Virus record (IMG/VR): IMGVR_UViG_3300030102_006903 | Span: 32,001 to 96,000 of that record | Strand: one strand, 5' to 3' | Length of the DNA stretch: 64,000 nucleotides | Source: a virus | Shown here: piece by piece, positions 19,973 to 28,911 of the stretch | Layout of the letters: every line of letters starts with the position of its first letter | Position numbering within the stretch: the stretch's first letter is position 1 | The notes under the pieces: model-generated | The model's database searches: none | What the model was told of the DNA's origin: nothing | The model's input: the letters and a program-made list of their open reading frames with translations, nothing else | Program-made: the position numbers and the translations under genes

Positions 19973-19981
19973 TATAAATAT
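19973..19981 (-). promoter_or_regulatory. ATATTTATA motif (putative phage-specific/late promoter)
   Basis: Recurrent motif upstream of minus-strand genes. Confidence 0.5.
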
Positions 19982-20014
19982 ATATAAATTTATAAAAAGT
20001 ACAAAAAATGTTAA

Positions 20015-20875
20015 TTAATTCCATGCAGAACAAAGACCTCTTTGTTTAAATTCGCACCAATCACAATGTCTACCTTTTGTATGAGGAAATACTTCTTGTA
20101 TAACATTTCCTCCTTCATCAAATACAGAATCAACAAATCCCATGAACCCATCCCATGCTCTTTTTACTGAAGGTTTACCATTTGCTGGTACAAACTTGGA
20201 TATTCTTGGAATAGGAAATTCGTAATTTTCGTTTATCTTTCTTTTTAGGATTTGATATTCTACTTTAATTTTATCTAAAGGTATATCGTATTTCTCAGAG
20301 TAAAACTTTTTATATAGTAACATCTGAGAAGTTTTTATTTTGTTTGCTTTTTGATATTTGTTCCAACCTCTTGTAGATGTTTTCAAATCTATGATAACAT
20401 ATTCTTGGGTGGTTTTATCTTTTAGTAATACATCAATAAACCCAACAAAATTTACACCTTCTTTAATTTTTGCGTTCAGAACTTGTTCTATTGCAACTAA
20501 TTCAAAACCACTCTTGGTGTATAATTTATCTAATTTTTTTGTGAAGTATGATAATATTAGTTTACCATCTTGAAAGAATTCACCTAACTCTTCTTTTTTA
20601 CATGGATACATTCCTTCATCCATCTTTTCTGATTCTTTCTTAAAATGTTCTACCATTTGATTGTACAACATTGTTTCTAAATCTAATTGCAGTGCCTGTT
20701 TCTTGGTTACATTATACATAACATCCAAAAAGTGTTGGATGGTTTCGTGCATTGCACTACCGAAAATTGTGTGGATATTTGCTGAAGAAGTTCCTAACTT
20801 ATCAATATAATTTAGTTTATATTGTTCTTGACAAGTTGAGTACATTCCATATTGTGAGTAACTTACTCTCGCCAT
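20015..20875 (-). CDS. PD-(D/E)XK exonuclease, Cas4/RecB/AddB-like, with an Fe-S staple
   Basis: N-terminal C, GSAMH, E..GFIDVL..IIDLKT, Q..LY, C-terminal CDWCEFKQRGLC. Confidence 0.85.
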   Translation of the reverse strand: MARVSYSQYGMYSTCQEQYKLNYIDKLGTSSANIHTIFGSAMHETIQHFLDVMYNVTKKQALQLDLETMLYNQMVEHFKKESEKMDEGMYPCKKEELGEFFQDGKLILSYFTKKLDKLYTKSGFELVAIEQVLNAKIKEGVNFVGFIDVLLKDKTTQEYVIIDLKTSTRGWNKYQKANKIKTSQMLLYKKFYSEKYDIPLDKIKVEYQILKRKINENYEFPIPRISKFVPANGKPSVKRAWDGFMGFVDSVFDEGGNVIQEVFPHTKGRHCDWCEFKQRGLCSAWN

Positions 20876-20883
20876 AATACTTT

Positions 20884-20926
20884 TATTTACTATGTAAATA
20901 TACGAAAAATAACTGAAAAATCCAAA
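20884..20926 (-). promoter_or_regulatory. Bacteroidota-type promoter with an overlapping ATTTAC-N3-GTAAAT palindrome
   Basis: TTTG-N20-TATATTTA; palindrome at 20885-20899. Confidence 0.8.
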
Positions 20927-20928
20927 TT

Positions 20929-22185
20929 TTAGATGGACTTTTTTCCTTCTATTTTAACTGGTGATATATCTTCAAATTTACCACCATGTAACTCTTCAAT
21001 TTTTCTTATATGTTTTGTTCTCCAATCAGTCGATACTGTCGATTCATCAAACTTTTCATAGGATTCCATATAATCAATCATAGCATCAATTTCATTTTGT
21101 GTTTTTTGTGGATATTTCTTTTTACTTTTATTTAAGAAAATCTTTATTTTATCTTTTTCTACTTGAGATATTTCTGCTAATGAAAATTCTGCTGGAGACC
21201 AAGCATAATAAAAATCAATATGTTCTGAGGTTTTTATGTGTTCCTTTTTTAACATATATTCAATAAAATCAAATATATGATAAACATTCATTATTGTTGT
21301 TGTATATTGAAACCCATACATTATACCCTGTCCAATCTCAAATGGGGTTTTTGGTTCAGCATATTTTTTTATTATTTCTAAATTACTTTCAAATCTCTTA
21401 GTATTAAAACCAGTCCTTTGATATTCACCAACCTTTCCAATACCATCACATGAAATCGATAAGTAAACTCTTTCAAATCCCCTCCATAAATCGATTAAAC
21501 TTTGTTCATCATATTTTATTACTGATAAGTTTGTATTATAATGTATTGATAATTTTCTAAGTTCTTTCGTTTCACCTTTCCAAAACATGGTATGAATTTT
21601 CATATTTTCATGCAGATGTTTTAAAACTTTGAAATGTTCTGGCATTATAAGAGGTTCACCACCAGCAAAATAAAAACTTTTAATGTTACTTAAATGAGGG
21701 ATTAAATCTTCAACAATCGTTTCACTTGCTCTAATTACTTTAGTTTTTTTATCTAAGTTATTAAATGGATGTAATTTTTTATAATCCTCATACCAGTTTG
21801 AAGAAAAATCATGATTACACATTCTACATTTAAAATTACATAAATTAGAAAATCTTATATCGATATGTTGAAAATCTGATGGTACTGAAAAATCATCTGC
21901 AACTTCTGGTTGTACCCATAAAGAGTTTTTATTGAAATCTATTCTTGGTGAGTGGCCTGTACTATCTTCTCGTTTGTAACAAATATCACAAGCCTTATTT
22001 CTTTTCCCCTCCAACATATCCTTTCTAAGGTTTTTCATTTGTGGAGAATTGAATGCGTTTTCAATACTCATCTTTTGCAGATTAAGTGCTTCATCAAAAC
22101 CTCCTGCGATACAACAAGGTTTTACTTCACCATCCGCTTGTGAATACAAATGTAGAAAGGGTAATTTACAATATGTGGAACTCAT
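20929..22185 (-). CDS. Radical SAM protein with an N-terminal twitch/SPASM-like domain
   Basis: CKLPF..PCC..CDIC; CNFKCRMC; GGEP. Confidence 0.88.
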   Translation of the reverse strand: MSSTYCKLPFLHLYSQADGEVKPCCIAGGFDEALNLQKMSIENAFNSPQMKNLRKDMLEGKRNKACDICYKREDSTGHSPRIDFNKNSLWVQPEVADDFSVPSDFQHIDIRFSNLCNFKCRMCNHDFSSNWYEDYKKLHPFNNLDKKTKVIRASETIVEDLIPHLSNIKSFYFAGGEPLIMPEHFKVLKHLHENMKIHTMFWKGETKELRKLSIHYNTNLSVIKYDEQSLIDLWRGFERVYLSISCDGIGKVGEYQRTGFNTKRFESNLEIIKKYAEPKTPFEIGQGIMYGFQYTTTIMNVYHIFDFIEYMLKKEHIKTSEHIDFYYAWSPAEFSLAEISQVEKDKIKIFLNKSKKKYPQKTQNEIDAMIDYMESYEKFDESTVSTDWRTKHIRKIEELHGGKFEDISPVKIEGKKSI

Positions 22186-22631
22186 ACCTTTAATTTTAAC
22201 TTTGTGATTTGCTTCTTTTCAACACCATACTTCTCACATAAATATTTAATATTTTCTCTTCCCTCTCGTGTTGCATAAAGAATTTCACAATAATCAAGTG
22301 CCTCAGAGGAAGAACATTGGAAATCTTGTTGAATTAACTCCAATAAGAAACTTTCATACTTAGTTTCTTTCTTTCCTTTAGTGTATTTTAAGTAATACCT
22401 TCCCTTAGGCAACAATCCAATTAAAAGTTGATATAGTTGTTTAGGTTCTAATGTTTGTGTAAATGGTTGGATTTCTGATATAGTTTCAATCCAATCTGAA
22501 TTCATAGATAAGAAACGATGAATCATGTAGTTACTCCATGTTTTCTTATCACTTTCTTCAAGTTTATCCCAATAATTGGGGTCTTGAAATTGTGTAACTG
22601 CTTTTATATGGTCAAATAATGTTTTAGCCAT
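22182..22631 (-). CDS. Clamp loader small subunit (gp62-like)
   Basis: LFDHIKAV...YMIHRFLS pattern; near the gp44-like gene. Confidence 0.65.
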   Translation of the reverse strand: MAKTLFDHIKAVTQFQDPNYWDKLEESDKKTWSNYMIHRFLSMNSDWIETISEIQPFTQTLEPKQLYQLLIGLLPKGRYYLKYTKGKKETKYESFLLELIQQDFQCSSSEALDYCEILYATREGRENIKYLCEKYGVEKKQITKLKLKV

Positions 22632-22890
22632 CTAAATCTGTAATTACAGGTTTTAATTCTTCTGGTAATAATTCCTTACAAATCTCACCACAATCACCAC
22701 AGAGATATAACTCAACTGGTATGATTGCATCTTTTGCTTGACCTGTAACTAATCTTGATATTTTTAAAAATTTATTTGCAGGAATAAATACTGACCCATT
22801 ACATTCTTGACAAGTCATTTCCTTTGCATCTTTTAAATCTACTTTTGGTTGTTGAGGTGGTTGTCCTCCTCCTCCTAATATTTGTGCCAT
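22624..22890 (-). CDS. Zn-ribbon hypothetical protein
   Basis: CQEC...CGDC. Confidence 0.6.
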   Translation of the reverse strand: MAQILGGGGQPPQQPKVDLKDAKEMTCQECNGSVFIPANKFLKISRLVTGQAKDAIIPVELYLCGDCGEICKELLPEELKPVITDLDG

Positions 22891-22902
22891 ATTATTATTT
22901 GT

Positions 22903-23121
22903 TTAATCGAACCACTGGTCTCTATTCGTCTTTATTTTATGAATACCAGTCTTTCTAAGTGTATCTCTTTTCTTTTCTTTGAACTCTTGTACTTTTTTCT
23001 TAAAGTTTTTCTTTTTGAATGCCTCTACACCATCAAGATATTCTAAAAAAGAATCAAAATCTTCTTTTCCTAACTTATCAAGTTGTTCATCAGTTAAAGG
23101 GTTTTTAGGGTCGTACTTCAT
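22903..23121 (-). CDS. Hypothetical protein
   Basis: 72-aa ORF downstream of a promoter. Confidence 0.6.
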   Translation of the reverse strand: MKYDPKNPLTDEQLDKLGKEDFDSFLEYLDGVEAFKKKNFKKKVQEFKEKKRDTLRKTGIHKIKTNRDQWFD

Positions 23122-23139
23122 GTTTTATAATTTATATTA

Positions 23140-23171
23140 CAAATATAGTAAAAATATTTGAATTATCCAAA
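23140..23171 (-). promoter_or_regulatory. Bacteroidota-type promoter
   Basis: TTTG-N20-TATATTTG. Confidence 0.75.
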
Positions 23172-23471
23172 TAATTTATCAAAAACTTTTTGAACTATTT
23201 CTTTTTCGTTTCCAAATTCTTTATGTACTTCTTTTCCATTTTTGAATGCAACCACCATTGGAATATTAGTTAAATCAATCAAACTTCTACTCTGTGGAGA
23301 TACATCTGGATTTATAAGTATAAAGGGAATATTTTTATGTTCTTTTGAAACTCTTTCATACTCTGGTTTTAAAATATCACAATTACCACACCAATCAGTG
23401 CCAAACATTACCATTAGTTTAGGTTGTGTTCTCAATAAAACATCGAGTGAATCTGTTTCTAATTTTATCAT
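23163..23471 (-). CDS. Thioredoxin
   Basis: WCGNC active site; start moved to ATG 23471 (ATGA overlap). Confidence 0.85.
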   Translation of the reverse strand: MIKLETDSLDVLLRTQPKLMVMFGTDWCGNCDILKPEYERVSKEHKNIPFILINPDVSPQSRSLIDLTNIPMVVAFKNGKEVHKEFGNEKEIVQKVFDKLFG

Positions 23472-24415
23472 AAAATACCAACAATCTGAATTATACAACT
23501 CATGAAAGTAATTTCTTTATCTACAACTAATGCATCTTTATGTTGTGCCTCTGAAAGAATAAGAATAATATTAGAAGTATTACCACCACCATATTCATCT
23601 ACTTTTTCGTAAAGGAAAGAATATAGTTCTGTAAAATCTTGTATTCTTGCATCTGCAACTGCCTGTCTAATATCCTTCCATTTATTCTTTTTATCATTTT
23701 TAGATTTAAGAATTTCAACTACCTTTGATTTAATATCTGAATCAATTACAGAGGTTGTGTTAATCTTTAATTGTCCTTTGGTAGAATTTAATTGACAAGT
23801 ATTAATAATCTTTCTAATATCAGGATATGAACTGTCAATGATAGGTACAAGGTCTGTTGGTTGGAAACTAACTCCTTCTTTACCCAAAATCTGTGAGATT
23901 TGTACCGCAACATCTTTTTTAGTTGGTGGTACGATTTGGAAAGTTTGACATCTACTTTGTATTGGGTCAATAACTTTCTCAACATAATTACAAGTTAGGA
24001 TAAATCTACAATGTTTTGAGAATGTTTCCATCAAGTTTCTAAGGATTGCTTGTGCATTTGGTGTCATGTAATCAAACTCATCTAAGATGATTACTTTCAT
24101 ATCCTTAAAACCAATCGTGGAAGCAAAACCTTTTACTTTATTTCTAACAGTATCTACATTATTCTCATCAGATGCATTTATAATGATATAATCACAACTA
24201 ATTGAATTAACAATTAATCTTGCTAAGGTTGTTTTACCTGTACCTGCCTTACCAAAAAATAAAAGGTGAGGTACATCTCCACTTTGAAGATAATCACTTA
24301 CCTTTTGTTTTAGATGTTCATTACCAACATATTCTGTTAGTTTACGAGGTCTATACTTCTCAACCCATAGTGAGTTGTTTACCTCTTTACTTGTTGTATC
24401 TTCAAAGAATGACAT
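23468..24415 (-). CDS. Clamp loader ATPase subunit (gp44/RFC-small-like)
   Basis: WVEKYRP, GKAGTGKT, NASD, ILDEFD, SRC. Confidence 0.93.
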   Translation of the reverse strand: MSFFEDTTSKEVNNSLWVEKYRPRKLTEYVGNEHLKQKVSDYLQSGDVPHLLFFGKAGTGKTTLARLIVNSISCDYIIINASDENNVDTVRNKVKGFASTIGFKDMKVIILDEFDYMTPNAQAILRNLMETFSKHCRFILTCNYVEKVIDPIQSRCQTFQIVPPTKKDVAVQISQILGKEGVSFQPTDLVPIIDSSYPDIRKIINTCQLNSTKGQLKINTTSVIDSDIKSKVVEILKSKNDKKNKWKDIRQAVADARIQDFTELYSFLYEKVDEYGGGNTSNIILILSEAQHKDALVVDKEITFMSCIIQIVGIL

Positions 24416-24416
24416 A

Positions 24417-24629
24417 TTAAAATGAGGAGTTTTTAACTTCTTTACAGAAGTCTGATAATTTTTCTAATTTAGTTATGATAGATTGTTTTCTGTTTTCGTC
24501 AATTACACCAAGATTTAATTCTGATATAATATCATTTACTGATGATTGTACTATTAACAATCCATCTTCTTTTGAATTAAGAAAGTTTTCAGATACTCTG
24601 AACTTTCTTGCTATTTCTGTTAAATTCAT
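24417..24629 (-). CDS. Hypothetical protein
   Basis: 70-aa ORF directly after a promoter. Confidence 0.55.
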   Translation of the reverse strand: MNLTEIARKFRVSENFLNSKEDGLLIVQSSVNDIISELNLGVIDENRKQSIITKLEKLSDFCKEVKNSSF

Positions 24630-24652
24630 AATTTATATAATTTTAGTTGGTA

Positions 24653-24684
24653 CAAAGATACGAAATTTTTTTTTAATATCCAAG
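24653..24684 (-). promoter_or_regulatory. Bacteroidota-type promoter
   Basis: CTTG-N20-TATCTTTG. Confidence 0.7.
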
Positions 24685-25212
24685 TAATTTTAATATTTTT
24701 TTTACTGATTTTGGTCCTACTTTTATTGTATGATATGGAAATCCATTATCATCTAAAACTTGTTTACACAATTTATCAATTGCTACTGCTTGTTCGTAAT
24801 CTTGAAATCTTTCTTTATTATTGTGAACAGTATCACCTCTTTCTAAAAGGATATTAATATTATCATATTGATTGTGTAAATCAATTACCAAATTGTGAAA
24901 AGGTTCTCTGTAAAAACTTGCAGGATAACCTTTTGTGTAATATCTGTGATAAATAGTAGAGAAAAGGATTGGTGAATCGATGATTATATAATCAACTTTA
25001 CCATAACATTCTGCAATTCCTCTATGTTGATTTGCAAAAACATATAACTGGTCTGATATTGCTGGTATGTTTTTATCCCATGCTAATCTTTTTGGAAATT
25101 CGTATGGGTTATTACAACTTATATGTTGTTTTTTTAATTTATAAGTAACCCCATTTGCAATTGAGGATTTACCTATACCTGCTCCACCGAATAAATTAAT
25201 CAGTTTGCTCAT
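24673..25212 (-). CDS. P-loop kinase (NadR/Ttd14-like, possible nucleotide kinase)
   Basis: GGAGIGKS Walker A, IIIDSP, R..RFQ lid. Confidence 0.7.
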   Translation of the reverse strand: MSKLINLFGGAGIGKSSIANGVTYKLKKQHISCNNPYEFPKRLAWDKNIPAISDQLYVFANQHRGIAECYGKVDYIIIDSPILFSTIYHRYYTKGYPASFYREPFHNLVIDLHNQYDNINILLERGDTVHNNKERFQDYEQAVAIDKLCKQVLDDNGFPYHTIKVGPKSVKKILKLLGY

Positions 25213-25927
25213 ACTCTCTCCAATATCCTAAATCTTTTTTAAACCATTTTATATTTTTGTAATTGAAATAATTGAATAAATTTATTTTTAAAAAATTTAA
25301 ATATCCAAATTTCAAAAATCTTCTATTATCTTGTCCAATATATTCATTGAGTATTTTGAACCTTGATTTTGGTACCTCTTTCGATAACCAAAAATCTTCT
25401 GAATTTTGTAAAGTTTCATCGAACCCACCGAGTTCATTAAATTTCTTTTTAGAAATTAAAAAGAAACAACCTGTACAAAATGTGATTGGCATTATATTTC
25501 TCATCCAATCTAATATCTTATAAGTCCAAATAGATTTTTTATCATGAGTAGTTAATGATTTTTGTTTTACTGAAATGATATCGTATCTATTTAAATTTTT
25601 ATGTGCTTCATTTAAAACATTTCTACCTATAAGAACAGAATCAGCATCCATGAATAAAATGTAATCTGTTGATACAAATGTAGCACCATTATTTCTTGCA
25701 AAACCTACTTTACCACCTTGAACCACCTCTATTTGTAGATTAGAGAAATCCTCAGAGGCTTTTGATATATACTCAAGTGTTTTATCAGTAGAGTTATTAT
25801 CTGCAATTACAACTCGTAATACACCTTGGAAGTTTTGTCTTGATATTTTCCAAAGAGTATTGTAGATGTAGTTTTCCTCGTTATAACAAGGAATTATTAT
25901 TGTTAATAAATCAGTTATTGTTTTCAT
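25196..25927 (-). CDS. GT2 glycosyltransferase
   Basis: IIPCYNEE, DNNSTD, ARNNG, FMDAD, GGFDE...ED; start at ATG 25927. Confidence 0.9.
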   Translation of the reverse strand: MKTITDLLTIIIPCYNEENYIYNTLWKISRQNFQGVLRVVIADNNSTDKTLEYISKASEDFSNLQIEVVQGGKVGFARNNGATFVSTDYILFMDADSVLIGRNVLNEAHKNLNRYDIISVKQKSLTTHDKKSIWTYKILDWMRNIMPITFCTGCFFLISKKKFNELGGFDETLQNSEDFWLSKEVPKSRFKILNEYIGQDNRRFLKFGYLNFLKINLFNYFNYKNIKWFKKDLGYWREYEQTD

Positions 25928-25930
25928 GTG

Positions 25931-25959
25931 AAAAGAAAGTGGGGGAGTTTCCTCCCCCA
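25931..25959 (-). terminator. Rho-independent terminator after the TonB-dependent receptor gene
   Basis: TGGGGGAG-GAAA-CTCCCCCA then CTTTCTTTT on the minus strand. Confidence 0.9.
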
Positions 25960-25978
25960 ATATTTCTTTAGGTTGTTT

Positions 25979-28687
25979 TTAGAATCTGTATTTGAATGAA
26001 GCATTCCATGTACGTCCGAATCCGAACCATACTGAATTTCTTGTATCAATACCATTCCATGTTTCTGAAGCTGCTCCAGCATGGATGTTTGAGTTAGATT
26101 CTGCAATGTAGTAAGTATCAAGTAAGTTGTTGATATTTACTCTGAATGAAGCATCATTTCCGAATAAGTTGAATCTAAAGGTTGAACCTAAATCAACTAA
26201 TCCATAAGATGGTAACTTCAATGCACCCGCATTGTCAGGTGCTGTAAATTCTGAATCAGTAATTGAGTAATCTGCGTAAAGATTATCTACAAATCTATAT
26301 CCTAAATCTACATTTAACTTGTTTCCAAGTTTATAATCTGCTTCTAAGTAAGAAACGAATTGAGCTGCATCACCAACTTTAGCATCTTTTAAGTACAATG
26401 TACCTGTTCCGATTTGTTGGTTTTCATCATCAAATAACGCTGCTTCAAAATCTTTAGTATATCTCCAATCACCGATTGATAACATACCTTTTAATCTTAG
26501 TTTAGAATTATAATCATAAGTTGCCTCAACTTCTATACCGTTGTGAACTACATCGATATCCTTGAATTGTGCGAATCCATCAACACCTTGTTGGTTTGAT
26601 AAACTTCTTGTAACAAATCTGTTACCCCATACTGTTGAGTATGCGTTTACATTTGCTCTGAAGTTATTTCCAATGAATCCATATCCTAATTCAACCGATT
26701 TAATTTCCTCATTTTGTAAATCAGGATTAACAGTATTAGCATAGTTAGGGAATACACCATCAAAGTTTGGTTGTCTTGAGATGAAACCAGCATTGAAGAA
26801 TACATTATTCTTTTCATCAATGTTATAGTTTGCACCACCTTTTAGATAACCACCACCAACATTCTTAGTATCAGATATTGGATTACCTGGTTGTCCAAAG
26901 TAATCAATTCTTTGGAAAGATTGATTTGATAAACCAGCTTGTAATACAGCAGATAAAGTAGAGTTGTTATATTCAACTAAACCATTTAAACCTTGCCAAC
27001 CAACTTTACCAATATTATAGTAAGCGATTTTAGGGCCTCTGATACCTGTATCTTTGAATGGATTTGCTTCAACTAATGTATTAATTATTTGTCCTGCAGA
27101 GTTATCATTACCAGTTGAGTAATAACCATCTAATCCCATTAGGTGGTTTAATGCTCTATAATGATATCCTTTGTAGTTTCTTAAATCAATACCGATTGAA
27201 GTTTTCCAATTCCCTTTCTCATATTCTAAGTTAGAGATTGCTCCAACCCAGTCATGAGAGTTCATAGAAGCTCTTCTAATAAGTGCACTTCTGTTAACAC
27301 CATCAGCATTGAATCCATTTGAACCAATCAATTGACCTGTAAATGGTAAATCACCACTATATGGGTCTGTGTTTGCTTGGTTATATGCAACTACTGCATC
27401 AAAATCAATAAATCCTTCTGGTGTTCTTGAACCTCTACCATTTTCTAAGTAGTGTTCAGTAAGGTCTTTTCTAAATGGTAAGATATCAGTTTCCGAGTTG
27501 TAATAACTTTTACCTCTTGGACCTGTTCCTCCACCTCTACCAGCTGAACCATATAATGATGTAGCTAATTTAAGGTTAGAATTAATATCCCAATCCCAAT
27601 TCAGAGTTGCTAATGGTTTGTTGTAGAAGTTTCTTCTCATTGAGAATTCTTCTCCATTTAAAACACCACCATTTGTATTCCATCTTCTATCAATTCCTTC
27701 TGTACCAAAGTTTTGGTAGTCTCTAATAGAAACCCAAACATCTCTTTGGTGGTGCCATTGACCAGCACCTAAGAAAGAAAAGTTAACTGAGTGCTTAGAA
27801 TCTTCAGGTGCATATCCTAATGCAAAGAAGTAAGTATAACCCTCACCACTTGTATTATAGATATATCCATCACCTTGCCATCTACTTAATAAGAAAGATG
27901 AAGCCCAACCATTGTCATTAAGACCTGTTGAGTGAGAAACAGTAGTTTTGAAATACCCATCATTACCAAATGTTTGAGCAATTGAACTACCACTTCTTGC
28001 TTCAGCTGCCTTAGTAAAGATTGATACAGTTCCACCTACTGATGGTACTGCTAATCTTGAAGCACCTAAACCTCTCTGTAATTGGATTCCACTTGCAACA
28101 TCAGTAAGACCTTGCCAGTTAGACCAATAAACCCATCCATTTTCCATATCGTTAACTGGTTGCCCATTGATAAGGAAAGATGTATTTCTTTGGTCGAATC
28201 CTCTTAAAGAGATTCTCGAATCACCATATCCACCACCTTGTTTGGTTGCGTAGACACCTGGTGTTCTGTTCATTATCTCAGGAAACTCTTGGTTACCTAC
28301 TTTGAGTGCGATTTCTGATGGTGAAATAGTTGAAACTGCTACAGGTGTTTCTCTCACCTTTGCAATATCAATTACACCAGAACTTACAACAACCTCACCA
28401 AGTACATTCAAGTCAGGTGTTAAACCTACTTTCGTGTTACCACTTGATTCAATTACTGTGGTTTCGTACCCTAAGTAAGAAACAACAAGTGTTGTTCCCT
28501 CAGATACATCAAGAATAAATGTCCCATCAAAACCTGATATTGTACCATCTTGAGTTCCCTCAATGATGATAGTAGCACCTGGTAAAGGGTCATTTGTCTC
28601 GACATCATAAACTAATCCACTTATTTGGGAAAAGCTTGCTGTTATACTTCCAAATAGGAATAACAGACTTAACATTAAATTTCTCAT
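25979..28687 (-). CDS. TonB-dependent outer-membrane receptor (Bacteroidota type)
   Basis: Signal peptide ending SFS-Q; CarboxypepD_reg-like PLPGATI..DGTF; plug TPGV..ISLRGF..LINGQP; barrel end NNLLD.YY..GRTWNASFKYRF. Confidence 0.93.
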   Translation of the reverse strand: MRNLMLSLLFLFGSITASFSQISGLVYDVETNDPLPGATIIIEGTQDGTISGFDGTFILDVSEGTTLVVSYLGYETTVIESSGNTKVGLTPDLNVLGEVVVSSGVIDIAKVRETPVAVSTISPSEIALKVGNQEFPEIMNRTPGVYATKQGGGYGDSRISLRGFDQRNTSFLINGQPVNDMENGWVYWSNWQGLTDVASGIQLQRGLGASRLAVPSVGGTVSIFTKAAEARSGSSIAQTFGNDGYFKTTVSHSTGLNDNGWASSFLLSRWQGDGYIYNTSGEGYTYFFALGYAPEDSKHSVNFSFLGAGQWHHQRDVWVSIRDYQNFGTEGIDRRWNTNGGVLNGEEFSMRRNFYNKPLATLNWDWDINSNLKLATSLYGSAGRGGGTGPRGKSYYNSETDILPFRKDLTEHYLENGRGSRTPEGFIDFDAVVAYNQANTDPYSGDLPFTGQLIGSNGFNADGVNRSALIRRASMNSHDWVGAISNLEYEKGNWKTSIGIDLRNYKGYHYRALNHLMGLDGYYSTGNDNSAGQIINTLVEANPFKDTGIRGPKIAYYNIGKVGWQGLNGLVEYNNSTLSAVLQAGLSNQSFQRIDYFGQPGNPISDTKNVGGGYLKGGANYNIDEKNNVFFNAGFISRQPNFDGVFPNYANTVNPDLQNEEIKSVELGYGFIGNNFRANVNAYSTVWGNRFVTRSLSNQQGVDGFAQFKDIDVVHNGIEVEATYDYNSKLRLKGMLSIGDWRYTKDFEAALFDDENQQIGTGTLYLKDAKVGDAAQFVSYLEADYKLGNKLNVDLGYRFVDNLYADYSITDSEFTAPDNAGALKLPSYGLVDLGSTFRFNLFGNDASFRVNINNLLDTYYIAESNSNIHAGAASETWNGIDTRNSVWFGFGRTWNASFKYRF

Positions 28688-28774
28688 AAATTAAATTAAT
28701 TTAAATTAATAATACTATAACTGATTATAGTAACGCTTGAGATACTTGCATACCTCAATATCTTCAATATTTTT

Positions 28775-28897
28775 CTAATTGGGTTTTTCATTAAAATCTT
28801 GGGAATAAAAAGTAATCCTATCAGCAGTGACTGATGGTTCTTCGAAATACGGACTTTTGAAATAACTTGCAAAATTTATAATATAAGTTTCACTCAT
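28775..28897 (-). CDS. Possible 40-aa ORF upstream of the TonB-dependent receptor
   Basis: MSETYIINFASYFKSPYFEEPSVTADRITFYSQDFNEKPN; ATG 5 nt after an ATACTTATA motif. Confidence 0.4.
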   Translation of the reverse strand: MSETYIINFASYFKSPYFEEPSVTADRITFYSQDFNEKPN

Positions 28898-28902
28898 CTT
28901 TG

Positions 28903-28911
28903 TATAAGTAT
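28903..28911 (-). promoter_or_regulatory. ATACTTATA motif (putative phage-specific/late promoter)
   Basis: Variant of the recurrent ATATTTATA. Confidence 0.5.

Noticed and set aside
28688-28911. Cobalamin or TPP riboswitch upstream of the TonB receptor
   Set aside because: I could not identify the conserved boxes; only two simple hairpins are supported
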